DNA of 64,000 nt from Camelus dromedarius (GCF_036321535.1 NC_087436.1:72294001-72358000); one strand, 5' to 3'. Shown: positions 12,673 through 26,202, counted from the stretch's first letter. Translations and numbers: made by a program. Notes: generated by a model not told the origin, from the sequence alone.

Positions 12673-14124
12673 CCCTGATGCTGGTGTACACTAATGCCAT
12701 TTGCCAGGAGCGATCGATGGATCTAAGAATTTAATGCCATGTTCAGATATCTTTGTTCTTCTTCCCTCGGAACTGGAGTCATTATATCAGGAGGGATATT
12801 GTAGGGGAAATAGAGATGAAGTTAAGATGTAGCAACTTCTTAAAACCAGCTAGGGGTAGGGAAAGCTACACTGCCCATTTCTGCCTGCCGGTCAGCACAG
12901 TTCATTCTCAGGATGGAGTAGTGTCTTAGCCAAGGCGTCCCCTCAAAAAGCAGTGCCTGAGTCATCGGCCTACAATGCAGGCAGCTTTATCTGGGGAAAT
13001 GTTCCCTATGTATAGAACTGAAAAAATGGGAAAAGTGAAATAAGAAAAAAAAATGTGGTTTGCTGGAGTTCAATCCTATTGGGTACCCTCTGAGAAGTCT
13101 AATAGAGTATCTGCCTAAAACATAAAAGAGGGGGAAAACATATATTGGTTACCTCCTGTTCCCTATTGGGCAAGAGATTTTCCATGGCAGTGATGAAGAA
13201 ACTTTGGTGCAGAAAGTATAGCTGAGATGAGGAGTTGTAAGTTTCCAGCTGCATGCAGCTGGTTGCTACAGCAAGTACTGGAGTGAAACTTTGGGTCTAC
13301 AAGATGTGAGCATCCTAGATTTTACTGTCAATTCTGAGTAATGATTTCAGGGAAAATGGAATTTCATCACCAAAGCTTCCATTTTTAAAGATTATTTCAT
13401 TACTTTAAGGATCATTGCTTGCATGAGTTTAAAGAGTGTGCTTAAAAACCTGGTCTTCAACTTTTGCAAAAGTAATTGGCTTAAAGAAGCACTTGCTCAA
13501 ACAAGAGAGTGAATTTGTTTATCGTACTAGACTAAACATTCCTTTGTTTATAAAACTTCTGTATTTTGGTTGATGAGGATGTCATGAATTTTAAGAGGCA
13601 TATGATGGAGAAAATAACAGCAAAAAAAGAAACCTTGGATTTTTACTTCATTTCCAAGAACAAGTGATTTTGATTGTCATCCTCAGGAGTCAAATTCTAT
13701 ACAATCTACAAATGTTGGCTACTTCTTAACTTCTTAATTACTTATTTATTTATTTATTTTGGCAGCTCTTGTAGATAAATTGGAGTTCCTCTCTCCCTGA
13801 ATAGTTTCATTTACATCAGTTTTGGGTTGGGTCTGGAGGCCATTAAAGCAAACACTTTCTGCTATTCATCAGTTACAAGAAATAGATGAGCAATTTGGAC
13901 AGCATGATTAATGGTGAAGACAAACTACTTAGGCCTATGAAAAATGATGAAGTGTCCAAAACCGGGCAGCAGATATGTTGGATTTTCATATTTCATGAAA
14001 TATGAAGTCAACAAAAATTTAATTCCCCTTCTAGGAAGCTACCAGATAAAGTAGTCATGTCCACTGATTTCCTTTTGGTGGTATTCTAAATTGCTTTAGA
14101 AAGAGAAACCGCCTAAAAACAGCT

Positions 14125-14690
14125 TTATTTTTTTAAATTTTGAAATAATTTTAAATTATGAAAGTTGCAAAGATATTACAATTCATATGTGTGCTTCACT
14201 CAATATCTCTTATTGTGACTGTTTTACATTACTACGGTACATTGGCCAAAGCTAAGAAAACAACATTGGCACGTCTACTGTTCAGGAAACTCCAGTTTGA
14301 ACTTCACCAGTTTTTCCATTTACTGTTCTCCTTCTATTCCAGGGTCCAATCCAGGTACCACATTGCAGTTGTCATGTCTCCGTACTTTCCTTTGGACTGT
14401 GACAGTTGCTTGGTCTTTCCCAGTTTTCATGATCTTGACAATTTTGGAGTGTTAGCCATTTAATATTCCTCAGTTTAGGTTTGAAGAATATTTTTCTCAT
14501 GGTTGGACTGGGGATATGAGCTTCTGGGAAGAATACCAAGGAGGTGAAGTGACCTTCTCATCACATCCCATCGGGGGTACATGATATCCACCGGACATCA
14601 CGTTGATGATACTAACCTTCATTATCATCATTTGGCTAAGGGAATGTTTGCCAAATTTCTCTATGATAAAGTTACTATTTTTCAGAATTG
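14125..14690 (-). mobile_element. Ancient L1M 3'UTR fragment
   Basis: T-rich start followed by L1MB/MC-like antisense motifs (ccagggtccaatccagg..cacattgca, gaggtgaagtgaccttctcatcacat). Confidence 0.6.
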
Positions 14691-14899
14691 ACTACTTCAA
14701 GAAAGTATAACAAATTATATCAATGCCACAGGAGAGAGTTATGCTGTTAGTGAAACCAAACTATGGAGGTATATGACCATTGTGTTTGCATTTTAGAATA
14801 AGTAAATTTGAAACAGTCAACTCGAGGAACAGCAAACAATTTTTTAAAAATCACTCCTCTCTGGAAATTTTAAATAATACATCACTGAGCACTGTTATC

Positions 14900-15115
14900 A
14901 TAGTACAATCGTTAAAAGCCATTCTCTCTGGGTTTGGGTCCCAGGCACAGTATCCGGTGACCTTAGGGAAGCTTCTTAACCTTTCTGCACCTCAGTTTCC
15001 TTATTTGTGAACTTAACGTATCACAAAGATAGCAATGGTAAGTAATTTCGCAAGGATGTTTGGACAACTAAATGAGTCAATATTTGTGTAACCCTTAGAA
15101 GAGAGCCTGGAATTT
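14900..15115 (+). mobile_element. MIR SINE remnant
   Basis: gtgaccttagggaagcttcttaacctttctgcacctcagtttcctt core. Confidence 0.65.
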
Positions 15116-17289
15116 AGCACAGAATCATTGTGCTGCATCGCAGGGTGGGTACAGAGGTTTAGTAACGTGCCTGTGGTATGTGGCAACTAAATAAAGGAAG
15201 TAGCCTCTTTCATATTTACTCAGCACCTTGTGTGCTCTTATAATTTATCAGCTATCATGTTTGTTGAAGAAAAAAGCAAATTTTCAGTGACCTGTTAAAG
15301 TTTGTTCCATAGACAAAAGTTAAGAAAGTTTAGAGGAAAAATAATCTCTGTATGCCTTTCTGACTTTTACAAGCTTTAGAAACCAAGCCTGTATCACAAT
15401 TAGAAAACAAAACAATGCATCTTTCAACTTTTAAAGACTGGCTTTTGTATTTCTGGGCCAGTTCGCCATGAAATCCCAGGAAACTCTGATAATGAGGGGA
15501 GAAATCACACAAACTCTCAATTATTCCTGAATTTGTCACCATATTTTACAGCCTTTAGATGATTTTTTATTTCCTGCTGCTTAACACAAATTTTAATCTT
15601 CCTTTAGTTTCCCAGGTTTTTCTCTCAGGAGCACACTGAAAAACACTAGAATATTTTTAAAAACAAGTCATTCATTTTGTAAATATCTGGCAATAGATAA
15701 TGTGGAGAGTCTTTAATTTAAGCTCCCTTCTAATAGATAAGTGATTGAGTAAGGCTGCAAAATAAATCCATGATAGATCTTGAGTTAAAAAAAAAAAAAT
15801 CCCATGTAAGTGCTTCTCCTAGTAGAGTGTAGCGGTGCCTTCCTTTTAGAAAGCCTGATATAGAAAGTTTTAAATGTGAAAAGAAAAATTGGGGAGTGAA
15901 CCTTTCCATTACCTTTTTCTTTCTTTCTTTATTATTATTTTTTTAATTTATAGAAGGATTCACAACAGGTGGAGTTTCTGTTTAGGCAATACTGGAAAAA
16001 GCTATTTCTATTTTATCTACTTAACAAACGTTTATAAGGCATTTGATCCCTGCTGGCTCCCACACACATTGACTCATTTCTCATAACCACCTTGGGATAG
16101 GCAAAGAAAAATTTAACAGTGTGCAAGTGATAGGTGGCAACTTAATGCAAGCGGCTTCGCTGCACGTCCGGAGCTGGCTGGCTGTGGAACGCAGCTTCTC
16201 ACTCACTGAGCTAGGCTGCCCAGAGCCCTGCCCCTAGACACCCATCCCTGGGCCAGAGGCCATTTCTTTCTCCTCTCTCCACTCCCATCATATTCTGCAT
16301 CTCCGAGAGTTCTCAATTCAACCTGGAGAATTACACTTAAACCTGCTATACTTAATATTGAGTCAAGCCAAGTTCTCTCAAACTTCTAGGGAAAAAATAG
16401 TAAAAGCATCAGGTCAAAAGACTGAAATTCCTGGTCAGAAAACAAAGACATGTCACTGTTTTAAGAGGAAGAAGGAACAACACTGAAGGTCACTCTTCAG
16501 TGAATGAAACAGGATTTTTATGTGTGATCCGGTAGTTCGTATTTTAACCACACACATCCAAGGGTGATTTGCAGCTGGTACCCACTCTCCAGTGTCCATG
16601 TAATACTCTGTCCAAGGATAGAACCAGAAGTGACCCCAACTAGCCCACCCACAGCTTCAAAGTGATCACCTGTGCCCTATTCATAGATCAACTCAGAACC
16701 CTTCATAAAGGGAAGAGGAGACCTGCGGGAATTTTGGAAGTTCCAATATTGCCCAGGAGGAAGGATGTTCAGCAGGACACAAACGCCAAGGGCATGTTAC
16801 AGTTCTCAACTTTCACTGAAATTAACCCTAGATTCAACTTTTGGTACTGATCCCAGTTCCCACCAAATGGAAAACATAACCAAGATATTCTAAGTGTGAC
16901 TTGAAGATACACAACAAGAGGAACAAGCTGGACATCCTTTTTTGGAATCCTAGATGATGGCTGTATTTTTGACAGAGAGCATACATTCCACACGTACGAA
17001 ATAGGCAAAATAGAAATTCAGAGAGACAGATAGAGGCTAAGCAAAATCTCCTCCTTTCCTATTCCTTTATTCCCCCAGGTCTGATCACTAAAGAGGTAAC
17101 TCTCCTGCTAAAATTGTCCGGTCACCACGAGGCGGGCAGGGGGTGTGGGGGGTGGAGGTGCATCTCACGGATCTGCCTCCAACACTTCCCCCTCTTCTTG
17201 CCCCGAGACCAGGGGTGATCGGGTGCTCACAGGCTCCTCTCAGGCGGTAGCCCCAGAGTGGTGACAGCTCACTCCCAAGCAGAGATTTG

Positions 17290-17480
17290 GGCACAAAGAC
17301 GTCACCCCCGGGTCCGCGGATTAGGCGGGAGTGGGGCGGGCGGGCCCGGGCCCCAGCGCTCTCCCCCCCGCGACGGGGCCGCGTCTTCCTTCCCGATCCG
17401 AGAACGACCCACATGTCCGGGAATTTCCCTGCCCCGGGCTGCGAGCTCCTGTCCCATCAGGATAAAAGGGGTTCCCTGGG
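17290..17480 (+). promoter_or_regulatory. GRO promoter in a CpG island: GC boxes, NF-kB site GGGAATTTCC (17419-17428), variant TATA GATAAAA (17461-17467)
   Basis: Motifs read directly. The spacing matches the known GRO/CXCL1-3 promoter layout. CRE-like GACGTCA at 17298-17304. Confidence 0.9.
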
Positions 17481-17549
17481 TTCGGGGAGCCACAGAGTCC
17501 GATCCGCCAGCTCAACCGCCGCAGACAGAGACCCTCCGAGCTGAGCCCC

Positions 17550-18872
17550 ATGGCCCGCACCGCGACCCCCGCCGCCCCCCGGCTCCTCCGCGCCGCGCTG
17601 CTGCTCCTGCTCCTGGTGGCCGCCGGCCGGCGCGCAGCAGGTGAGACGCGGCGCCCGGCATCGCCGGGGCGGGTGGGCGGGTGGCTGGGCGCCCATCCCC
17701 GGACGGCCCCCTAACCGAGTCTGCTCTCTCTGCAGGGGTGCCTGTGGTCACCGAACTGCGCTGCCACTGCTTGCAGACCTTGCAGGGAATTCACTTCAAG
17801 AACATCCAGAGCGTGAAGGTGACGGCCCCGGGACCCCACTGTGGCCAAACGGAAGTCATGTAAGTGCCGCCGCTGCTGCGGTCCTTTTCACCGCTACCCT
17901 CCCTGTCCCCCCACCCTGACCCCCAGCCTGACCTCCGGCCTCACGTGGTCTCCCCTCTCTCTGCAGAGCCACTCTCAAGAATGGCCAGGAAGCTTGTCTC
18001 AACCCCGCAGCCCCCATGGTTAAGAAAATAGTCGACAAGATGCTAAACAAGTGAGTTAAGGTTTCTTATTCACACGTGTGACTAGGGTCATTCTGCCTCC
18101 TGAAAACTGTATCAGAGAAACCCAGGGTTTAGCTGAAGGAATGGAAAATCATTATTTCACGATTAAATTTGCCATTAAGATCATTAATCTGCTCTGATGC
18201 CAAGATATTTTCAGTGCCTTCCATCCTGGCCCCTGACTCCATCCCAATTCAGATGAATGCAGTTTAAGCTGCTTTCATTAAAATTCTCACTGCGGTTGGC
18301 CAGTTATGCTAAAAAAAAACTGTATAAAAAACACAGGCACACCCCCCTCCCTACCCCCAACACATACACCTGCTCCAGTTCTTTCTGGGCTTCACACCTG
18401 AAAAGCAGAACCTTCGTTTTCTGCAACATAAGCTCTTAAAGCTTAGTGGTAAAGAGCAGGGACTTTGCAGCCAGTTGGTATTGGGTACAAATTTGGATTC
18501 CACCACCTATTAGCCATATGACTCAAGGACAATTATTTGGTTTATCTAAGACTTAGTATAACAGGGAAAACAATAGTAGCTACGCATGGGTTTACTGTGA
18601 GGCTTAAGCGAGGCCCAGTGTGACAGGTAGACAGTAATGGTTCTAGCCATTTGTAGCCAACACTGCAGTGGAGACCGCAGACCCTACCCCATTCCTGAAT
18701 AAGAATATCCAATAGCCTAGAGGTCTCTGCCACACAGCATAGCAGGTGCCAGGCTGGGAAGACTGGATTCAGAAATCTGGGGAGCAGGATAGGAGAAGAC
18801 TGTTGTGCAGCCAGTTTTCTGGAAGAGCTCCTAAGAAAATCCTTTTCTCATTACAGGGGCAGCTCCAGCTGA
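17550..18872 (+). CDS. CXCL1/2/3: ELR+ CXC chemokine, GRO family (CXCL1/2/3-like), 104 aa, 4 exons: 17550-17640, 17736-17859, 17967-18050, 18857-18872
   Basis: Spliced product [104 protein letters not shown]. It has a signal peptide, ELR-CXC, 4 Cys and GT-AG introns of 95/107/806 bp in phases 1/2/2. The exact paralog cannot be resolved by eye. Confidence 0.97.
18440..18645 (+). mobile_element. MIR remnant in GRO intron 3
   Basis: gcttagtggtaaagagcagggactttg..gggtacaaatttggattccaccacctattagc..gtgaggcttaag. Confidence 0.55.
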
Positions 18873-19022
18873 CCAGGGGCAAGAAGAAAGCCCCGTGATG
18901 GCTGTTCCCAAAGTAGGCCCTGCCCTTACAGGAATCAAAGAGGGAAAGGAGAAATCATCAGTACCTGGGGCCACCTGGACTGGACTTAATACGTTTGACC
19001 ATCTCTTGGGAGGATTCTTCCA

Positions 19023-19200
19023 CTTATTTATTTATTTATTAATTTGTGTGTTGGCTAGTTTTCAAAGACTCTGGGTTAATATTTACATGTAAAATAATTA
19101 AGGATGTAATGATTGAATCTACTTGTGCACTGGATTATTATTTTTATTATTTATTTTTTGAAAAAAATCAAGTTAATTATCTTGGTTCTTATTTAATTTG
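19023..19200 (+). promoter_or_regulatory. AU-rich mRNA destabilising elements in the GRO 3'UTR
   Basis: TTATTTATTTATTTATT at about 19024-19040 plus further ATTTA pentamers. Confidence 0.88.
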
Positions 19201-19582
19201 AAGTAGAAGATTTGCAAATATTCTCCAGTCATTAAACTGATATTTCTGGGGAGCCCACAGCTTGCTAGCCCCTGTGATACAGGCTGCTGGATCCAAATGA
19301 ATACTGAGGTCATTGTCACCATGGGGGAATGTATGTGTACAGCTATTTTTGTAAATTTTTAAAAGAATGTTAGTTGTTATTTACTGAAACGATTTCACAG
19401 TTTGTGGTCAACATTTCTCTTGTTGAAGCTTTAAGAACTACAATGTCCCAAATATCCTTTGGACATTTTATGTCTTTCTTGTAAGGCATAATGCCTTGTT
19501 TAATGTTAACTATGCAGTGCTTTTCTGTGTCTTAGAAAAGAGAAGTTTAAAAATTTATTGATATTTTTACAAAGAACGTGAA

Positions 19583-19588
19583 AATAAA
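19583..19588 (+). terminator. GRO polyadenylation signal AATAAA
   Basis: AATAAA about 710 nt after the stop, followed by a TG/T-rich tract (tgtttgtttcattttt). Confidence 0.82.
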
Positions 19589-19808
19589 GTATTTCAAACT
19601 AAACAATGTTTGTTTCATTTTTCTGAAGAAAAAAGGTTTATCTTTAGTAGATAATATGATTATTTACATCAATATTTCTCAACTTCTCTTTCTCCTCATG
19701 GACATTCAATTTGCTACACCAATAAATCAAACTATAAGTTATGCTTAATTTCATCTGGTGATAGCCATCACTCCTCTTGGCTCTCAAACCCAAGAATGTG
19801 CTTTTCCA

Positions 19809-21261
19809 CTTCAGATAATACTACAAAACTACAGTAATCAAAACAGCATGGTATTGGCACAAAAACAGATATATAACTTAATGGAACAGGAGAGAGAGCC
19901 CAGAAATAAACTCACACACCTGTGGTCAATTAATTTTTGACAAAGGAGGCAAGAATATACAATGGAAAAAAGACAGGATCTTGAGCATGTGGTGTTAGGA
20001 AAGCTGGACAGCTGCATGTAAATCAATGAAGTTAGAACACTCCCTCACACAAAAAAATTAACTCAAAATGGCTTAAAGATTTAAACATAAGTCTTTAATA
20101 TCATATTTCTCTGACATAAATCATCGTAATTTTTCCCTAGATAAGTCTCCCAAGGCAATAGAAATAGAAACAAAAGTGAACAAGTGAAATCTAATCAAAC
20201 TTACAAGCTTTTGCACAGTAAAGGAAATCATAAACAAAATGAAAAGAAAACTTATGAAGTGAGAGAAAATATTTGAAATGATGCAGCTGATTAAGAGCTT
20301 AATTTCCATAATATATAAAGAGCTCATACAACTCGATAACAAAAAAGATTCAATCAGAAAATAGGCAGAAGACCTAAACAGTCATTCGTCCAAAGAAGAC
20401 ATAAAGATGGCCAATAGGTACATGAAGTGATGATCAATGTCATTAATTATCAGAGAAATACAAATCAGAATTACAATGAGGTATCACCTCACACTAGTCA
20501 GAATGGCCATCATTAAAAAGTACACAGCAATAAATGCTGGAGAGTGTGGAGAAAAGGGAACCCTCCTACATTGTTGGTGGGAATGTAATTTGGTGCAGCT
20601 ATTATGGAAAATAGTATGGAGATTCCTTAAAAAACTGAAAATAGACTTACAATATGATCTAGTAATCCTACTGCTGGGCATATGTCTGGAGGAAAGTCTA
20701 ATTTGAGAAAATACATGCACCCTAATGTTCACAGAAGCACTATTTATAATAGCCAAAACATGAATCAATCTAAATGTCCATTGACAGATGATTGGATAAA
20801 GAAGTTGTATCTGATATATACAATGGAATACTACTCAGCCATAAAAACAATGAAATAATGCCATTTGTAGCAAAATGGATGGACCTAAAGATGATCATAC
20901 TAAGTGAAGTAAACCAAACAGAGAAAGACAAGTATCATGGTATCACTTATATGTAGAATCTGAAAAATGTTACAATGAATTTATTTACAGACCAGAAGAG
21001 ACTCAAAGACATAGAAAACAAATCTATGGTTGCTAAAGGGGAAAGGGGTGGAAATAAATTAGGGATTTGGGATTACCAGCTACAAACTATTATGTACAGA
21101 AAAGATAAACAAGTCATATTGTATAGCACAGGGAACTATATTCAATAACTTGCAATAACCTATAATGAAAAAGAATATATACATGTATAACTGAATCACC
21201 CCGCTGTGTACCAGAAATTAACACAACATTTTAAATCAACAATACTTCAATAAAAAAATAA
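19809..21261 (+). mobile_element. 5'-truncated older LINE-1 with 17-bp TSD
   Basis: Decayed ORF2 3' end, 3'UTR and A tail. TSD aagaatgtg(c/t)ttttcca at 19792-19808 and 21262-21278. Confidence 0.93.
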
Positions 21262-23703
21262 AAGAATGTGTTTTTCCAAACTGTGCACTGGCCCCTCCCC
21301 CTCAGTGCAAGAATAACTACAATAATATATTGCCTTTTATAAGGAGTGTCTTGCTACCTGGCTGCTCAAGTTTACCTCCTTAAAAACATTTGCATTCTTG
21401 TAGCTATCTTAAAAAGAACTCTCATTTCATTGCTTTTGCTAAAGGATTTTTTAAACTATTATTGATAATTTAATGAAGCTTACAGTGAAACTGCAGTAAA
21501 GAGGATTTTTTTTCTTCAAAACACAATTTGTCATTAATAGAAGGAGAAAACATGAGTGGCTAAGTAGTTAATTCATAAAAGGTCTAATGGATTTTGGGGT
21601 TCAATTTTCTAAGCTTTATTTATAAGTAGTTACCACTGAATCTAACATTATCCCAACTCTTTATACCAATTTATCAAAAATAGTAGAATGATTTTGAGAC
21701 TTGAATGCATTAGTTCTCACCCTTCCCAGTGTAATTTTTATGGAACTTGATGGATTGTTTGGCCTCAGAAAGCCCTCTGGAACTTGGTGTTCACACTGCC
21801 CCCGGATAACTGCTGCAAATCAGGTTTCCAAGACAGAAACAAAGTCGTTATGTCAAGGGAAGAAAGATCCCGATCATGTAGAAGAAACCACCCTCCAAAA
21901 CTGAAAAGGAAGAATATTTTTAGATGTTTGGGGTGTGTGTTCGTCTCTGATTCTGGACTCATTCAGGAAATCCGGAGCCCTAGAGAGAAGCTTGCCACAC
22001 AGGCAACAAAGTGAGGCTGGCATCCTGAACACTTGAGGTCAAGTTCAGGCTTGCTCCAAGGAGTTGGGTAAATAAGGGTTCTCAGGAGTGAGAAATAACT
22101 TCCATGAGCTTTGCTTCACACTGAAAAAGCTAAAAATGATAATCTTTTCATAACTCCAATATTACTGATAATGAGATGAGAAGGAAGAAACTTCATAAAA
22201 TGTACAAAAGTAAATAAATGCAAATCTTCTGGAAACTCCGTAAGTGCTAGCATTCACCCCAAGTCAGAGGACACAGGAAAATATTCACAAGTAGGACGCA
22301 GAGGGTTCAGTGAAGCTCTCACACCTAAGACCAGTCCTCACCCTCAAACACGGAGCTTGCTGTCCCGGCTGCTTAGCTCTTGTCAACACACAACATGGAG
22401 TTTCAAAAGGAGAAAGACCATTCTGTTCATACGGTGATTAAGACAAAGGTTTCAAAGAATCAGATTTACTTGGGAGTAAATTCCAACTCTATCCGTTGTT
22501 GACTGTGTGATCTTGGGCAAGTTTCTTGACTCAAATGTATTTTCCCTTCTATACAATGAAGGTAACAACAAGAGAATTACTGTCTAGTGTTCAATCTGGG
22601 ATAACTGAATGTTCATTGTATATCTTTCTCTGATGCCAAAAGGTAGAGTAACACAATTATAATACATGATTAAATGCAATAGTCCAGATACTTCTTTTTT
22701 CCTTTTCAAATAAATACCTGCTATATACCACCTCTTTCCCCACCAAAAAAGAAGAAGGAGGAAGTTGTTTTTAAAGCCAGCTCTTCAGGGAAGGAAAAAC
22801 AAAACAAAACAAAACTGAGGTCTAATAAAATTTTGTGTAGTACTTTAAAAAGTAGAAATCTCTGTTGCATGAATTAAATGTTATCGATGGCTTGAAATAT
22901 CTGCCATTTGTCCTCTGGCCAAACCCCTGGGTGTTGTCTCAGTCACAGTCCTTGATCAAGAGGATACGTAGTGTGTTTTCACACCAAAGTGCCCTGAAGA
23001 CTTTCCAAGTGCAAGGCAGTTCCCACTGGGAGTGTCAGGGCAGGAAGTGAAACACAGGAATGTAAGGTAGGGGTCAGGGATGAAAGAAGTAGGAAACGAA
23101 TATGATGTGTCACATCACAAATTTGAAAGGTCATCAGCAGGAAACAGCAAGGAGCAGTGACTGAGATTTCCTGAGCAATGTTACCAAAGGAGAGGAGAAC
23201 ACGTGGCTCACCCAGTCTTGTCATTGTGAGTCTTTCTTTGTGAGTTGTATTGCGATGTCTTCTCGGGACTTCTGGAAGTGACTGGGGAAACACTGGGAGA
23301 TGGCAGAGGTGGCAGACCTGCAAAGCGTAATGGGAACAGTCCAGAATGACAGATGATCTTATCTCTCTTTTCTCTGACTAGCCATACAAGTAATAAGGGG
23401 AAGGGCTTGTCCTATCTTCAATGTTGATACTCCACTCACATCCCCTCTGCTTACAATGAGTTCTGAAGTTGCAACGGGTGACATCTAAACACGCTGCTGG
23501 CTTCCCAACTCAAGCTCCCCTCTCCTGCTTCCTTTCTGGGAGTTTTCTCCATTTGAGGGCGGGGAGGGGGGATGGCAGAGGAGTTTGCTCAGCTGACAGG
23601 TGGGATGGCCTGCCATGGGACAACTCTCAGTGAGTGTCAGGAGTTAGTGGATGTGCATTCTATTTTTTAATCCCTCAATTGGACATTTCTAGAAGTTACA
23701 CTA

Positions 23704-23713
23704 CATATATATA

Positions 23714-23746
<33 letters not shown>

Positions 23747-23772
23747 GTATTTATATATATACACACACACAC
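23704..23772. repeat. Compound (TA)n/(TG)n/(CA)n microsatellite
   Basis: Read directly. Confidence 0.9.
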
Positions 23773-23939
23773 TTTCCACTTCTCTCTTCATTACAGTTGC
23801 ATTTCCTTTTAAATCCCTTAGCTTATTTATAATGGCTATCTTATTATTTTAAAATCCTTATCTAAGTCTATTATTCTGTTATTTCTGAGTTTATTTCTAT
23901 AGACTGAATTTTCCTCCTGGTTAGGGATTATGATTTTCT

Positions 23940-24036
23940 TTTTAAAAAATTTAAAAAAAAATTGTCCCCTTAACGGAGGCCCTGGGGATTGAACCCAGAA
24001 CCTCGTGGATGCCTAACACATGCTCTACCACTGACC
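23940..24036 (-). mobile_element. tRNA-derived SINE (camelid Vic-1-like)
   Basis: ggggattgaaccc (B box antisense), ctctaccactga (A box antisense), TSD tgattttct. Confidence 0.85.
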
Positions 24037-24857
24037 TGATTTTCTACTTCTTGGCATGTGTAGTAATTTTTGATTGGATGCAGGAAATTTTGAATACCAT
24101 GTTTTTGAGCATCAAGATTTTGTTTTCTTCTTTTGAAGTCTTAGTCTCTGTTCTGGTAGGCAGCTAAGCTACTGGAGCATCAGCCTGATCCTGTTGAGGC
24201 TTGTTTTTAAGCTTTGTTAGGGTGGTCTAGACAGAGAGATTTACCCCAGGGTTTGTTTAGCTGTACTGCTTCTGTGTCTCTACTAAATGCCCTGAGTGCT
24301 CACAAGTTCTCTCCACTCTAACAAGTCAGACTTCAAGTATCTCTCTACCCCACAGAAGTCTGAGAATTGCTCAGCCTGAACATCTATGCCCATTCTTTGC
24401 CTGACCCTATGGAGTTTCACCTGTACATATGTGGTTTAGTATGAACAAAGAGACTCAATGACAGTTCAATGCTGATTTCTGGAGCTCTATGTTCTTTAAC
24501 AAACTCCTTATTGACTGTCATGATGTCCTAAGCCTGTCTTTGAAGTTCTGGAAAGCTAAAGTATTTTGAGTTTTCAACATTTGATTATCTTATCTTTGTA
24601 TACTTCCTGATTATCACCCTAATATCTATACATGTTGATAACAGAATTTCGTGACCTCTTCTTGGTATAGAAGAAAAATGAGACTCAAAGAAATTAAAGT
24701 TGTGTCTGAATAATATTTCTAACTTATTTTCAGCATTTTGGTTTGTATAAAGGCCAGGATTTGACCAGTCAACTGAATGTTGTCAAGTTATTAACATTTA
24801 TTTTATTTTAAGATTGAACTAACTTTATTTCCCCCTTTCTCAACATGCCAAGACTGT

Positions 24858-25180
24858 TGTCTTAGTCCATATGGGCTGTTATAACAAAATACCACAGAAT
24901 GGGTGGCTTATAAACAGCAGATAGCTATTTTACACGGTTCTTAAAGCAGGAAGTCCAGAGCAGAAAGCCAGAATGGCTGGGTGAAGTCCCTCTTCTGAGT
25001 TGTATTCTCCCAGGGAACTCTCTGGAGTCTCTTTTATAAGGGCACTAATCCCATTCATGAGGGCACCACCCTCATAACCAATCACCTCTCAAAGACCCCC
25101 ACCTCCTAATACCATCACATTAGGGGGTAGGCTTCCAGCATGTGGGATTTTCGGGGAAACGTAAACATTCAGACCACATT
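24858..25180 (-). mobile_element. MaLR MLT1A-like LTR
   Basis: tgtcttagtccatatgggctgttataacaaaataccacag..aaacattcagacca. Confidence 0.8.
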
Positions 25181-25604
25181 AACTCTTCACAAAGCTATGC
25201 CTCTTTGTGCATTTCTCTGTCTCAAATGTTTGTCAGCCTTTTGTTATGCTGAGCTTCCTTTCATCCTTAACAACTCCAAGGTTACCTCCTCTGGAAAGTC
25301 TCCCCTGGCTCCCCGGGGGAGATTCTCCCACCTCTGTCCAAAGGTGTCTTGGGTAGATGTTGTATACTGCTCGGGTATAGCACAGATCACCATCTAGTTT
25401 AATGCACTTACAAGTTTGCTTCTCTACACAGTCTATGAATTTCTCAAGAGCAGAAACTCAGTTTTTACTCTTTATATACCCAATGTCCAGCAAAGGCCCT
25501 GGCAGGTAATAGATGTTGAATGAGAAACGGCAAAAGAAAAGACATTCTTATTATTTAGACTAGGTTTACTTTCAGAATACATCAGCCCTCAGTAATCACT
25601 GATT

Positions 25605-25998
25605 CTTCTGTGTTGAATTGTGTCCCCCACCTGCACCTCCACCCCCAAATTCATAGATTAAACTTCTAACCCCCAGTACTTCATTTGCAGATAGGGTCTT
25701 TACAGAGGTAGTCACACTAAAGCGAGGTGCGTTATCCAATATGACTTGTGTCCTCATGAAAAGGGAAGATGTGGAGACAGCCATGCACACGGGGAGAACA
25801 GCGTGTGGAGATGAAGATGATCTTCTACAAGTCAGAGAGTTGGATGGTTTCTTCCCTCACAGCTCTAAGAAAGAACCAACCTTGCCAACACTGTGATTTT
25901 GGGCTTCTGGCATCCAGAACTGTGAGACAAAACTTTTCCATTGTTTAAGCCACCCAGTCTGTGGTACTTTGTTATGGCTGTTCTAGGAAACTAGTAAA
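25605..25998 (+). mobile_element. MaLR MLT1B-like LTR
   Basis: gttgaattgtgtcccc..ccagaactgtgagac..gtttaagccacccagtctgtggtactttgttatggc. Confidence 0.8.
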
Positions 25999-26026
25999 AA
26001 TGCTTTGGTGTTGGGTTTACTAAAAC

Positions 26027-26060
<34 letters not shown>

Positions 26061-26202
26061 TGGTCAGCATAGGAGAATTCAAGTCACTTATAAAACTGCT
26101 TAAGAAAACAAACTAAAGCTCATAGTCCACTGTTAGTTAATCCAGCTACAAGTCCACTGAAACTGCTGCCTTCAAATCACAAGTAAACTGTAGTTTGCTG
26201 TT

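Noticed and set aside
1420..17000. Search for PF4/PPBP/CXCL5 exons upstream of GRO
   Set aside because: None recognised by eye. A very decayed relic cannot be excluded without tblastn.
17088..18050. Many overlapping GC-rich ORFs
   Set aside because: By-products of the CpG island and unspliced GRO exons. Only the spliced frame makes sense.
21700..22140. Coding-looking unique sequence with short ORFs on both strands
   Set aside because: No recognisable protein or chemokine Cys pattern in the frames examined.
23970..24036. tRNA-like A/B boxes here and at 28140, 43250, 45910, 46020 and 53670
   Set aside because: They have A-rich tails and TSDs and no cloverleaf, so they are SINEs rather than tRNA genes.
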